Below are positions 37,145 to 45,734 of a stretch of DNA of 64,000 bases, piece by piece. Position numbers and translations under genes: made by a program. The first letter of the stretch is position 1. Every line of letters begins with the position of its first letter. The stretch comes from Bacillota bacterium (lineage in GTDB: Bacteria; Bacillota; Clostridia; Christensenellales; CAG-138). Location: NCBI GenBank assembly GCA_016286445.1, contig JAEESS010000003.1, forward strand, positions 23,990 through 87,989, in the 5' to 3' direction. A model generated the notes under the pieces. It ran no database searches. It had not been told where the DNA came from and was given only the letters and a program-made list of their open reading frames with translations.

Positions 37145-37855
37145 ATGCTGGAGATCCGGAACCTTGTAAAATCCTATGGGAACGGACCGCACGCGGTCGA
37201 CGGGCTGAGCCTTACGGTCGAAGCGGGCGACATCTACGGCTTCATCGGACACAACGGCGCGGGCAAGACGACGACGCTCAAGTGCATCTCCGGCATCCTG
37301 CCGTTCGAGGAAGGCGAGATCCTCGTCGACGGGATCGACATTCAAAAGAAACCGATGGCGGCGAAGCGCATCATGCGCTATATTCCGGACAATCCGGATC
37401 TTTATACGTTTCTGACCGGAACGGCGTACCTGAATTTTCTCTGCGACATCTACGGCATCGACGAAACGACGCGCAGAGAGCGGATCCGGAAGTACGCCGA
37501 GGCGTTTGAGATCGAATCGAAGCTCGGCGATCTGGTCGGCTCCTATTCGCACGGCATGTGCCAGAAGCTCGCGCTGATCGGCGCGCTTATCCAGCAGCCG
37601 AAGCTTCTGATGCTCGACGAGCCGTTCGTAGGGCTCGATCCCAAGGCGGCGCATACCCTGAAGGGCATCATGCACGAGATGGTCGAAAGCGGCAGCGCGA
37701 TCTTCTTCAGCACGCATGTGCTGGAGGTCGCGGAAAAGCTGTGCAACAAGATCGCCATCATCAAAAACGGAAGGCTGATCGCGGCGGGACCGATGGATGA
37801 AGTGCGGGGCGACAATTCCCTCGAAGAACTGTTTTTGGAGCTGACGGACGCATGA
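37145..37855 (+). CDS. ABC transporter ATP-binding protein
   Basis: I use the internal ATG at 37145. Walker A GHNGAGKTT and Walker B LLMLDEP are present. The signature is degenerate (YSHGMCQK). Confidence 0.85.
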   Translation: MLEIRNLVKSYGNGPHAVDGLSLTVEAGDIYGFIGHNGAGKTTTLKCISGILPFEEGEILVDGIDIQKKPMAAKRIMRYIPDNPDLYTFLTGTAYLNFLCDIYGIDETTRRERIRKYAEAFEIESKLGDLVGSYSHGMCQKLALIGALIQQPKLLMLDEPFVGLDPKAAHTLKGIMHEMVESGSAIFFSTHVLEVAEKLCNKIAIIKNGRLIAAGPMDEVRGDNSLEELFLELTDA

Positions 37856-39429
37856 AGACCTTTCGCACGCTGATCAAGCTGTATCTCAACAGCCTTTTCC
37901 GCTTTTCCGTGATCCGGCATTCGAAGGACAGCAGGGAACGCAGGCAGGCGGTCATGGGCGTTGTGGCGATCGTGCTGATCGTCGTAGTGTACGGCGGCAT
38001 GTCCGCGACGACGTCGTATCAGCTGCTGCGCGCAGGCGTCGATCCCGCGCTGCCGTTCCTGATGATCACGGCGATGGCGAGCCTCTTTGCGCTTGCAATG
38101 GCGTTTGCGCAGGGCAGCGCGACGCTGTCCGGCTTTGCGGACTTTGACACGCTCATGGGCATGCCGATCCCGACGTTTCTGATCGTGCTCGCACGGTTTT
38201 CGGCGCTGTACTGCGTCGAAGCCGTATACTGCGCGGCGTATCTGCTGCCGTGCGGGGTGATCTATGCGGCGATATGCGATCCGACGCCGTGGTTTTATCC
38301 GGTATTCCCGCTCATGGTCCTTTCGGTGCCGGTCGTTCCGATCGTGATCGGGAGCGGCGCGGACCTGCTGCTTTCGGCGGCGTTTGCCCGCAGCAAGTAT
38401 AAAAAAGGCGTTACCTCGACAATCAAGATGCTGCTCCTTATGGGCTTTATCGTGTTTGCGTACATGTTCCCGCAGCTCAGCGCGCGCGCGATCGGCAATC
38501 CCGCACGGACCGCAAACATCGCGTCACGCGTCTACCCGCCGGCGCAATGGCTTGCGCGGGGAGCGGTCGGAAATCTTCCGCTTGCACTGCTGTTCATCTT
38601 AGGCTCCGCGGTGCTGTGCGCGCTGTTCCTGCTGATTTTGGACAGGACGTTCCTTCCGCTGCACGACCGGATGATCGCGGGCTACCATGTGAAGAATTAC
38701 CGGCTCGGGACGCTGAAAAAAAGCAGCGCGCAGCGTGCGCTGTTCATGATCGAGCGCAAGCGGTTTTTCAGCAGCACGGCATGGGTCGTCAATACGGTGT
38801 TCGGTTCGGTGCTGATCGCCGTGCTCGGCATTGCCGGCGCAGCCCTTTCCGGAATGCTGTCCGATTATCTCCGCACGATGCCGCAGGGATTTGCGGCGGC
38901 TGCGATCACGGGGATCCTGATCTTCTGCGCAACGATCTCGCCGACCACCGCCTGCGCGATCTCGATGGAGGGGAAGCAGCTTTGGATCGCAAAGACACTT
39001 CCGGTTTCCGCAAAGCTGTGGATCCGCGCAAAGCTTCTGATGAATCTGCTGCTCGTCGGTCCGTCGCTGCTGTTTTCGATCACGCTGCTGCTTGTCGCCT
39101 ATCGGAACATCCTGAGCGGGTGGGACATTGTCGGCATCGCGCTTCTGCCTGCCGCGGCGCTGCTGTTCACCACATTCATGGGACTGTATGTGAACGCAAG
39201 AATGCCGCGCCTCGATTGGAAATCGGATACCGAGGTCGTGAAGCAGAGCGGATCGGTGCTCTGTATGCTTCTGATCGGGCTTGCGCTCGCCGCGGTTTCC
39301 GTTCTGCTGCCGCTTCTTTTCGGGCTCGGATGGCTGACAACCGTGATCGCCGCGGCGATTCTTTGCGCGTCGGCGGCGGTGTATGCCGTTCTGATGAAAA
39401 ATGCGGAACAAATTCGCTGCAATTTGTAA
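37852..39429 (+). CDS. Polytopic membrane protein, putative ABC exporter permease
   Basis: It is 525 aa with at least 10 hydrophobic segments and is translationally coupled to the ATPase by an overlapping ATGA. I recognise no other motif. Confidence 0.6.
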   Translation: MKTFRTLIKLYLNSLFRFSVIRHSKDSRERRQAVMGVVAIVLIVVVYGGMSATTSYQLLRAGVDPALPFLMITAMASLFALAMAFAQGSATLSGFADFDTLMGMPIPTFLIVLARFSALYCVEAVYCAAYLLPCGVIYAAICDPTPWFYPVFPLMVLSVPVVPIVIGSGADLLLSAAFARSKYKKGVTSTIKMLLLMGFIVFAYMFPQLSARAIGNPARTANIASRVYPPAQWLARGAVGNLPLALLFILGSAVLCALFLLILDRTFLPLHDRMIAGYHVKNYRLGTLKKSSAQRALFMIERKRFFSSTAWVVNTVFGSVLIAVLGIAGAALSGMLSDYLRTMPQGFAAAAITGILIFCATISPTTACAISMEGKQLWIAKTLPVSAKLWIRAKLLMNLLLVGPSLLFSITLLLVAYRNILSGWDIVGIALLPAAALLFTTFMGLYVNARMPRLDWKSDTEVVKQSGSVLCMLLIGLALAAVSVLLPLLFGLGWLTTVIAAAILCASAAVYAVLMKNAEQIRCNL

Positions 39430-39437
39430 TAATTGCG

Positions 39438-39466
39438 TGACAATTATGACACATTGATGGTATAAT
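39438..39466 (+). promoter_or_regulatory. Candidate cdaA promoter
   Basis: GTGACA (39438-39443), a 17-nt spacer, and an extended -10 TGgTATAAT (39458-39466). Confidence 0.5.
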
Positions 39467-39526
39467 ATAGCTGTCAGAATGTTGTGTGCCGCTCTGCGGC
39501 GCACGGGAAAGAGAGGTGACCGGAAA

Positions 39527-40381
39527 TTGGAACTGAAAAACAACTTTGAGACCATTTTCGATGCGATCAAGACGCCGAGCGGTCTTGTAAGCTTCATTTT
39601 CGACGTTCTGATTATTTCCGTTTTTCTGTATAAGATACTGGAATGGACCAAGGAGACGCGTGCATTCCAGGTCATGAAGGGAATCGGGCTTCTGTTTCTG
39701 TTCTCCATTTTGGCGAATGTGCTGAACCTGCGAACGATCTACTGGATTCTGAACAGCACGCTGGCAGGCGGCTCGATCTTCATCATTCTGTTTATATTGT
39801 TTACGCCTGAGATCCGGCGTATGCTCGGACGCATCGGGTCGAATCGGCTCTCCAAACTGCTCGGCGGCGCGGACGAGACCGAATCGCGACGGATCGTGAT
39901 GGATCTGAAACGCTCGATCCTGCATCTGTCCAAGCGCCGCGTCGGCGCGCTGCTCGTGTTTGAACGGCGCTCCGGGCTCGGCGACATTGCCGCGACGGGT
40001 ATTCCGCTGAACGCGGAGATCTCCGGCGCACTGATCGAGAACATCTTTGAGCCGAACACACCGCTGCACGACGGCGCCGTCGTGATCCGCGGGACGACCG
40101 TGGTTGCGGCGAGCTGCCTTCTGCCGCTGTCCGACGACACAAAGGTCGCGCGCGAGCTCGGAACGCGGCATCGCGCCGCGCTCGGCGTTTCCTCCGTTGC
40201 GGACTGCGTCGTGATCATCGTTTCCGAGGAGACCGGCGCGATCTCCGTTGCGCGCGAGGGCAAGCTCATTCGGTTCCTGGACGAAAAGGCGCTGAACGAC
40301 CATCTGGAAGGTCTGCTCATCCGGGACGACACGGCGTTTGTCCTTCCGTGGAAGAGACAGAAAAAGGGGGCGGAGGCATAA
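39527..40381 (+). CDS. cdaA: Diadenylate cyclase CdaA (c-di-AMP synthase)
   Basis: It has three N-terminal TM helices and a DisA_N domain (PLHDGAVVIRG, GTRHRAALG, VSEETGAISV). I prefer the TTG at 39527, 10 nt after GAGAGG, giving 284 aa. The track ATG at 39479 lies only about 6 nt past the predicted transcription start and has no RBS. Confidence 0.85.
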   Translation: MELKNNFETIFDAIKTPSGLVSFIFDVLIISVFLYKILEWTKETRAFQVMKGIGLLFLFSILANVLNLRTIYWILNSTLAGGSIFIILFILFTPEIRRMLGRIGSNRLSKLLGGADETESRRIVMDLKRSILHLSKRRVGALLVFERRSGLGDIAATGIPLNAEISGALIENIFEPNTPLHDGAVVIRGTTVVAASCLLPLSDDTKVARELGTRHRAALGVSSVADCVVIIVSEETGAISVAREGKLIRFLDEKALNDHLEGLLIRDDTAFVLPWKRQKKGAEA

Positions 40382-40382
40382 G

Positions 40383-41825
40383 ATGACAAAACGAAAGAAG
40401 TTTATCTCCGCGCTCGGACAGTTCGTAAAGAACCTCTTTACCAAAAACATCCTGCTGAAGGTCACGGCGCTCGTGTTTTCGCTCCTCCTTTGGGGATATG
40501 TGCTTTCGGAAGCGAAACCGAACTACGTCAAGCGCCTGACCGAGATCCGCGTGGATTACCAGAACAAGGACCGGCTGCCTAAGGGCTGGGAGGTGCTTGA
40601 GATCAATCCGTCAACGGTCGACCTCAACATCGAGGCTGCGATCGACATGCACAGCAAGCTGGATCAGTCGTCCGTCAACTGTTTCGTGGACCTCGGAAGC
40701 ATTACAACGAGCGATCAGGATCCGGACAGGAAAGAGATCGAAATCGACATCCAGACCAAGATCCCCGAATACGGCACGCTCAAGGGCATGTCCGAGAAAC
40801 GGGCAAAGGTGACCATCGAGCGCGTCAAGAGCAGCGATAAGATCGTTGCGACCGTCAAGCTCAAGGGCAGTCTGCCCGAGATCGTCAAGGTGAACGATTC
40901 ACTCAAGGAATACTTCGAGTGTTTCCCGCCGAAAAAGGTCACCATTCAGTCGATCACCGGCCTGAAATCCGACATCGACAAGATCTACGGCGCGGAGGTC
41001 ACGCTTGACCTTGCCTCCTTCGGAAACGAGGATCTGTCCAAGCTCCCGGGCGTGCATGCAAGGACCCTGCCGGTTACGTTCCTGGATGAGAAGGGAAACG
41101 CCATTGTTTCATCCGCAACAAAGGATGTGGTCGTGAACGTCGAGGACATCGTGATCCGCAGATATAAGGAGGTCCCGATCAAGATAGACGTCTCCGAAGA
41201 AAAGATCGACACGAACGTTTACCGGTACAGCTGCGCGATCAAGCAGGGAGAGTCTCAAACGGTCCGCATCTACGGCGACGCCTCGGAACTTGCAAAGATC
41301 ACCGAGATCCGGACGGAAACGGTATATCCCGAATCCGAAGAAGGAAAAGAGACGGTGCGCGCGGAGCTGCTCTTCCCCGAAGACAGCATGGTGAATATGG
41401 AGCAGTCGATGACGGACGTTGAGATCGTCACCGAAAAGCGCGAGGTCAGCGGCGCGGAGTATGAAGTCCAGGTGAAGTATTCGAGCCCGGACGAGGGAAT
41501 GCAGCTTGCGGAAAAGACCGATAAGATCAAGATCAAGGTCACCGCGCTTGCCGATGCAATGAACGCCTTCAAACAGGAATGGTTTACGGCGAGCGTCGAT
41601 CTTGCTCACTGCGGCGAAGGCAAGCTCGCGCTCCCGTTCAAGCTTCAGTTCAAGGGCGTTAATCTGTATGTGGAGAGCTATCTCGTTGCGGAATCGACGG
41701 ACGAGAGCGAACCGACGATCCGGATCACATTCGTCGGCAGCGACGGAACGAACTATCTGATCGAACTGGAGAGCAATACGGTCGAGGTCGTTCTGAAAAG
41801 CCTTGTGAACGATACAAACGGATAA
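40383..41825 (+). CDS. cdaR: CdaR (YbbR-domain) regulator of CdaA
   Basis: The ATG at 40383 comes right after the cdaA stop. An N-terminal TM segment (LLKVTALVFSLLLWGYV) is followed by repeated YbbR-like beta domains. Confidence 0.75.
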   Translation: MTKRKKFISALGQFVKNLFTKNILLKVTALVFSLLLWGYVLSEAKPNYVKRLTEIRVDYQNKDRLPKGWEVLEINPSTVDLNIEAAIDMHSKLDQSSVNCFVDLGSITTSDQDPDRKEIEIDIQTKIPEYGTLKGMSEKRAKVTIERVKSSDKIVATVKLKGSLPEIVKVNDSLKEYFECFPPKKVTIQSITGLKSDIDKIYGAEVTLDLASFGNEDLSKLPGVHARTLPVTFLDEKGNAIVSSATKDVVVNVEDIVIRRYKEVPIKIDVSEEKIDTNVYRYSCAIKQGESQTVRIYGDASELAKITEIRTETVYPESEEGKETVRAELLFPEDSMVNMEQSMTDVEIVTEKREVSGAEYEVQVKYSSPDEGMQLAEKTDKIKIKVTALADAMNAFKQEWFTASVDLAHCGEGKLALPFKLQFKGVNLYVESYLVAESTDESEPTIRITFVGSDGTNYLIELESNTVEVVLKSLVNDTNG

Positions 41826-41835
41826 ACCGATCCGA

Positions 41836-43452
41836 ATGAAAACAGTCTACATTCAGAATTTGAGAAAAGAGCTCGATGCGACGGACGAATCGTTCGCCGC
41901 TTCGTGCTGTAAAAAGCTCGGTATTCCGCATGATGCGCTGATCCGCATGCGCATCGTGCGGCAGTCACTGGATGCGCGCAAAAAGCAGGACATTTTCTAT
42001 TGCATCCATGCGGAGCTGACGCTGACCGACGCCGCCGCAAAGCGTGTGCTGCACGATCCGAAATGGAAAGCGGAGACGGTCACGGCGACGGAGCCCGAGC
42101 CGATCCCGTTCGGCACAAAGCAGCCGGAGGGACGGATCATCGTCACCGGACTCGGTCCCGGCGGACTGTTCGCTGCGCTGACGCTTGCCGAAAACGGCTA
42201 CAGACCGCTCGTGATCGAACGCGGACGACCGATCGAGGAACGCGTGAAGGACGTGGAAACGTACTGGTCCGGGCGCGTCGCAAACCCGGATCCGGACAGC
42301 AACGTTGCGTTCGGCGAGGGCGGCGCAGGGACCTTTTCGGACGGCAAGCTCACCACCCGCATCCGCGATCCGCACATCGACGGCGTGCTCAAAGAGCTCA
42401 TCAAAAGCGGCGCGCCGGAGGAGATCGCGTACCTTGCAAAGCCGCATATCGGCACGGACCGGCTGCGCACCGTGGTCGGGGACCTGCGAAAAAGGATCGA
42501 GGCGGCGGGCGGTGAGGTGCGCTTTTCCGCAAAGCTCACGGACGTCCGCGTAACCGACGGCAGGATCACAGCGGCGTGCATCCGCGAAGACGGGCGCACC
42601 GTTTGGGAGCCCTGCGCGGCGCTGCTGCTTGCGATCGGACACGGCGCAAGGGACACGGCGCGGATGCTGTTTGATAAGGGCGTTGCAATGGCGCCGAAGG
42701 CGTTTGCGATCGGCGTACGCGCCGAACATCCGCAAAGTCTTGTCAACATCAGCCAGTACGGACCGATGGCGGACCATCCGCGGCTCGGCGCGGCGGAGTA
42801 TCGGCTGACCGCGAGGAGCGGCGAGCGCGGCGTTTACACGTTCTGCATGTGTCCCGGCGGACAGGTCGTCGCAAGCGCAAGCGGACCGGAGCAGGTCGTG
42901 GTCAACGGCATGAGCAATTTTGCGCGCGACGGCAGAAACGCCAACGCGGCGGTCGTCGTGCAGATCACGCCGGAGGATTTCGGCACGCACCCGCTGGACG
43001 GACTCAGCTATCTCGACCGGCTCGAACGCAACGCGTTTTTCGCCGGAGGCGCGGACGGCACGGCGCCGGCGTCCACGGTCGGCGCGTTTTTGCGGGACGA
43101 GGCGTCCAAGGCTTCGCGCTCGGTCGAGCCGACATATCGCCCGGGCGTACGCTATACAAAGCTTTCGGATTGCCTGCCGGACTTCGTTTCGGCGGGGATC
43201 CGCGACGGACTCAGAGCATTCGGCAGACAGCTCAGAGGGTACGATATGGAGGACGCGGTGCTCACGGCGGTCGAAAGCCGAACGTCTTCGCCGCTTCGCA
43301 TCCTGCGTGATTCCGGCATGGAATCCGTGTCGCACAAAGGACTGTATCCGGTCGGCGAAGGCGCGGGCTATGCCGGCGGCATCGTCAGCGCGGCGGTCGA
43401 CGGGGTCAAAGCGGCGGAAGCCGTGATGCGTATCTTCGCGCCGGTTTCCTGA
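41836..43452 (+). CDS. FAD-dependent oxidoreductase (COG2509-like uncharacterised dehydrogenase)
   Basis: The dinucleotide fold IIVTGLGPGGLFAALTLAENG is present. The C-terminal region has CPGG and GEGAGYAGGI motifs typical of this family. Confidence 0.65.
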   Translation: MKTVYIQNLRKELDATDESFAASCCKKLGIPHDALIRMRIVRQSLDARKKQDIFYCIHAELTLTDAAAKRVLHDPKWKAETVTATEPEPIPFGTKQPEGRIIVTGLGPGGLFAALTLAENGYRPLVIERGRPIEERVKDVETYWSGRVANPDPDSNVAFGEGGAGTFSDGKLTTRIRDPHIDGVLKELIKSGAPEEIAYLAKPHIGTDRLRTVVGDLRKRIEAAGGEVRFSAKLTDVRVTDGRITAACIREDGRTVWEPCAALLLAIGHGARDTARMLFDKGVAMAPKAFAIGVRAEHPQSLVNISQYGPMADHPRLGAAEYRLTARSGERGVYTFCMCPGGQVVASASGPEQVVVNGMSNFARDGRNANAAVVVQITPEDFGTHPLDGLSYLDRLERNAFFAGGADGTAPASTVGAFLRDEASKASRSVEPTYRPGVRYTKLSDCLPDFVSAGIRDGLRAFGRQLRGYDMEDAVLTAVESRTSSPLRILRDSGMESVSHKGLYPVGEGAGYAGGIVSAAVDGVKAAEAVMRIFAPVS

Positions 43453-43502
43453 ATCTTCCAAAAATGCAACAAAGTTTCGTCATCCTTGTAAATATTCTTG
43501 CA

Positions 43503-43530
43503 ACAAACGCTTTCGGGCGTTTGTTTTTTT
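43503..43530 (+). terminator. Rho-independent terminator
   Basis: ACAAACGC (43503-43510) pairs with GCGTTTGT (43517-43524), followed by a run of seven T. Confidence 0.85.
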
Positions 43531-43582
43531 GCGGTTTTATGGTATAACGGAAGCAGAAAACAAACGGAAGGGAGGCGCGCCG

Positions 43583-45574
43583 ATGAAACGGATGCTTTGT
43601 CTGCTGCTGTGTATCCTCATGCTGCCGATCGCATTCCGGTCGGCACGGGCGGAGGAGGAAACGACCGTGCGCGTACTCCTGTCCACAAACGGCGCGGATA
43701 CGTTGACGGTCAGACTCTCCGGGAAATATGCCGTCGGGAGCAAGACCGTCACCGGCGGGATCGTTACGGCGAAGATCAAGGACGGAACGATCACGTTGTC
43801 GCATTCGTCCGCGGGCGTTCTGAAAACGACGGACACCGTCACGCGTTTACGGCGCGTCGGGACCGACGCGTCCACGATTCTGACGTTCGACAACGCAAAG
43901 CACGGCACGCGCAAGTATTACGGCGATTTCGTGTTCTATAACGACGGCGGCACCATGCGGCTGATCAATTATGTGGGCATGCGGCAGTATCTCTACGGCG
44001 TCGTCAGCGGCGAGCTTTCGGATTCCTCGAAGCCCGATTTTCTGAAGGTCGAGACGATCTGCGCAAAGGGCTTTGCGCTCGCCGAGGTCGAAGCGCGAAA
44101 GAGCAAGTATTTCGACGTCTACGACACCACGACCTCGCAGCTTTACTACGGCTTTGTTGCGGAGGACAGGAATACGATTGCGGCGGTCGACGCGGTTTGG
44201 GATCAGACGCTCCGGTATAACGGCAAGACCGTGAAGACCTATTACAGCACCGCCAACGGCGGACAGGCGATCACGCCGCGCGTCCGCTGGGGCGGCAGCT
44301 CGAACGACGGCGCGTATTGGTTCGGCTACGATCCGTTCGACCTTTTGGGCTCTTCCAAGAACACCGTGCTGACAATCGACGGCAAAACGCCGAAGAACAT
44401 GAACGCCGCGCTCTATGCCTTCCTTCTGAGCAAGGCTGACGCAAAGGAGATCGTTTCGGTCGACCGGCTCGTCGGCGTCTACGATCCGAGCAATCCGTCC
44501 GGCACCGCGCGCTATCCGAGCGAGCTCGCGCCGCAGAAGCGCTGGGACTGGACCCTGACGGTCAAGGACAGCGCGGGAACCCGAAAACAGGTCAGTTTTT
44601 CCTGCACGCCTGCCGAGGTAAAATCCGCCGCGGCGTCTGCGGCGACCGGCTCCGTCTGCTTTGCGGTGCATACGGCAAAGACCGAGTGGAAGCTTGTGTG
44701 GGGCGTTTCGAGCGGGCATCGCGCGGGGCTTTCGCATCGCGGCGCGGGGCAGATGGTCAAAAAAGGGTACTCCTATGTGGACGTGCTGAAATTCTACTAT
44801 CGCGGGGCAACGCTCTTTGATGCGGACGGAAACGCGATCGAATCGAACGCGACATTCCATTTTACCTATGAAGACGGCGACGATCCGGAGCCGAGCGCGA
44901 CGCCAGCCCCGACCGCGACGCCGGGTTCGAGCGCGGCGCCTACGGCAGCGCCGACGCCGATCGGGGCCGACTATGATGTGATCGTAACGGCGGCGTCCCT
45001 GAATCTGCGGGAAGGACCGGGAACGGTCTACGCGGTGATCCGGGAGCTTTCGCTCGGCACGATCCTTTGGGTATCGGGAGAAAGCGGCGAATGGCGCAGG
45101 GTCTATGACGAAGCGAGCGGCAGAACGGGCTGGGTGCACGGCGATTCCGTCAGCTATTATGAGCGGGAGCCGAAGCCGCGCTGGGAAGGCGTCTGCAATG
45201 CCGACGACTCGAACCTGCGCACAGGACCTTCGACCAACTTCAATAAGTATTGGGCGATCAACAAAGGCGATCCGGTCTATGTCTACTATCAGTCCGGGAA
45301 GTGGTACCGCATCATGGACCGCAATACGGGACAGGGCGCGTTTATCTGGAAGAACTACATCACGCGCGGCGCCGAAGTGCCGGACGTGACGCCGGGCGAT
45401 GCGAACGGTTCCGGAGACGTCACTGCGGCGGACGCGGCGCTGGTGCTGCGGTTCCTTGTACAGCTTTCCGACATTTGCGACGAGGGATTGCTTGCGGCGG
45501 ATTACACGCGCGACGGCACGGTGGACGCTTCGGACGCGGCGGCGATCCTGCGGCATGCGGTCGGACTGGAATAA
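43583..45574 (+). CDS. SpoIID/LytB-domain protein with two SH3b domains and a C-terminal dockerin-like module
   Basis: GGGAGG lies 7 nt before the ATG at 43583. It has a signal peptide and SpoIID-type motifs (YLYGVVSGE, YYSTANGG). A Pro-rich linker leads to two SH3_3-like units. Paired Ca-binding repeats GDANGSGDVTAADAALVLR and DYTRDGTVDASDAAAILR follow. Confidence 0.75.
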   Translation: MKRMLCLLLCILMLPIAFRSARAEEETTVRVLLSTNGADTLTVRLSGKYAVGSKTVTGGIVTAKIKDGTITLSHSSAGVLKTTDTVTRLRRVGTDASTILTFDNAKHGTRKYYGDFVFYNDGGTMRLINYVGMRQYLYGVVSGELSDSSKPDFLKVETICAKGFALAEVEARKSKYFDVYDTTTSQLYYGFVAEDRNTIAAVDAVWDQTLRYNGKTVKTYYSTANGGQAITPRVRWGGSSNDGAYWFGYDPFDLLGSSKNTVLTIDGKTPKNMNAALYAFLLSKADAKEIVSVDRLVGVYDPSNPSGTARYPSELAPQKRWDWTLTVKDSAGTRKQVSFSCTPAEVKSAAASAATGSVCFAVHTAKTEWKLVWGVSSGHRAGLSHRGAGQMVKKGYSYVDVLKFYYRGATLFDADGNAIESNATFHFTYEDGDDPEPSATPAPTATPGSSAAPTAAPTPIGADYDVIVTAASLNLREGPGTVYAVIRELSLGTILWVSGESGEWRRVYDEASGRTGWVHGDSVSYYEREPKPRWEGVCNADDSNLRTGPSTNFNKYWAINKGDPVYVYYQSGKWYRIMDRNTGQGAFIWKNYITRGAEVPDVTPGDANGSGDVTAADAALVLRFLVQLSDICDEGLLAADYTRDGTVDASDAAAILRHAVGLE

Positions 45575-45588
45575 ATGCATCTGATGAA

Positions 45589-45617
45589 GGCGAACGGCTT
45601 TGCTGTTCGTCTTTTTT
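45589..45617 (+). terminator. Rho-independent terminator
   Basis: A 9-bp stem (45589-45597 with 45603-45611, two G-U pairs) is followed by TTTTTT. Confidence 0.65.
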
Positions 45618-45649
45618 ACGCTTGCATGCGAGATTTTGGCAGTTTTTGC

Positions 45650-45678
45650 TTGCAATCGGAAGAAAAGCGATGTATAAT
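45650..45678 (+). promoter_or_regulatory. Candidate typA promoter
   Basis: TTGCAA (45650-45655), a 17-nt spacer, and TATAAT (45673-45678). Confidence 0.55.
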
Positions 45679-45734
45679 ATTTTGATTTGTTTTTTGAAAG
45701 AAATACAGACAATCCGAAGAAAAGAGGAGCTTTT

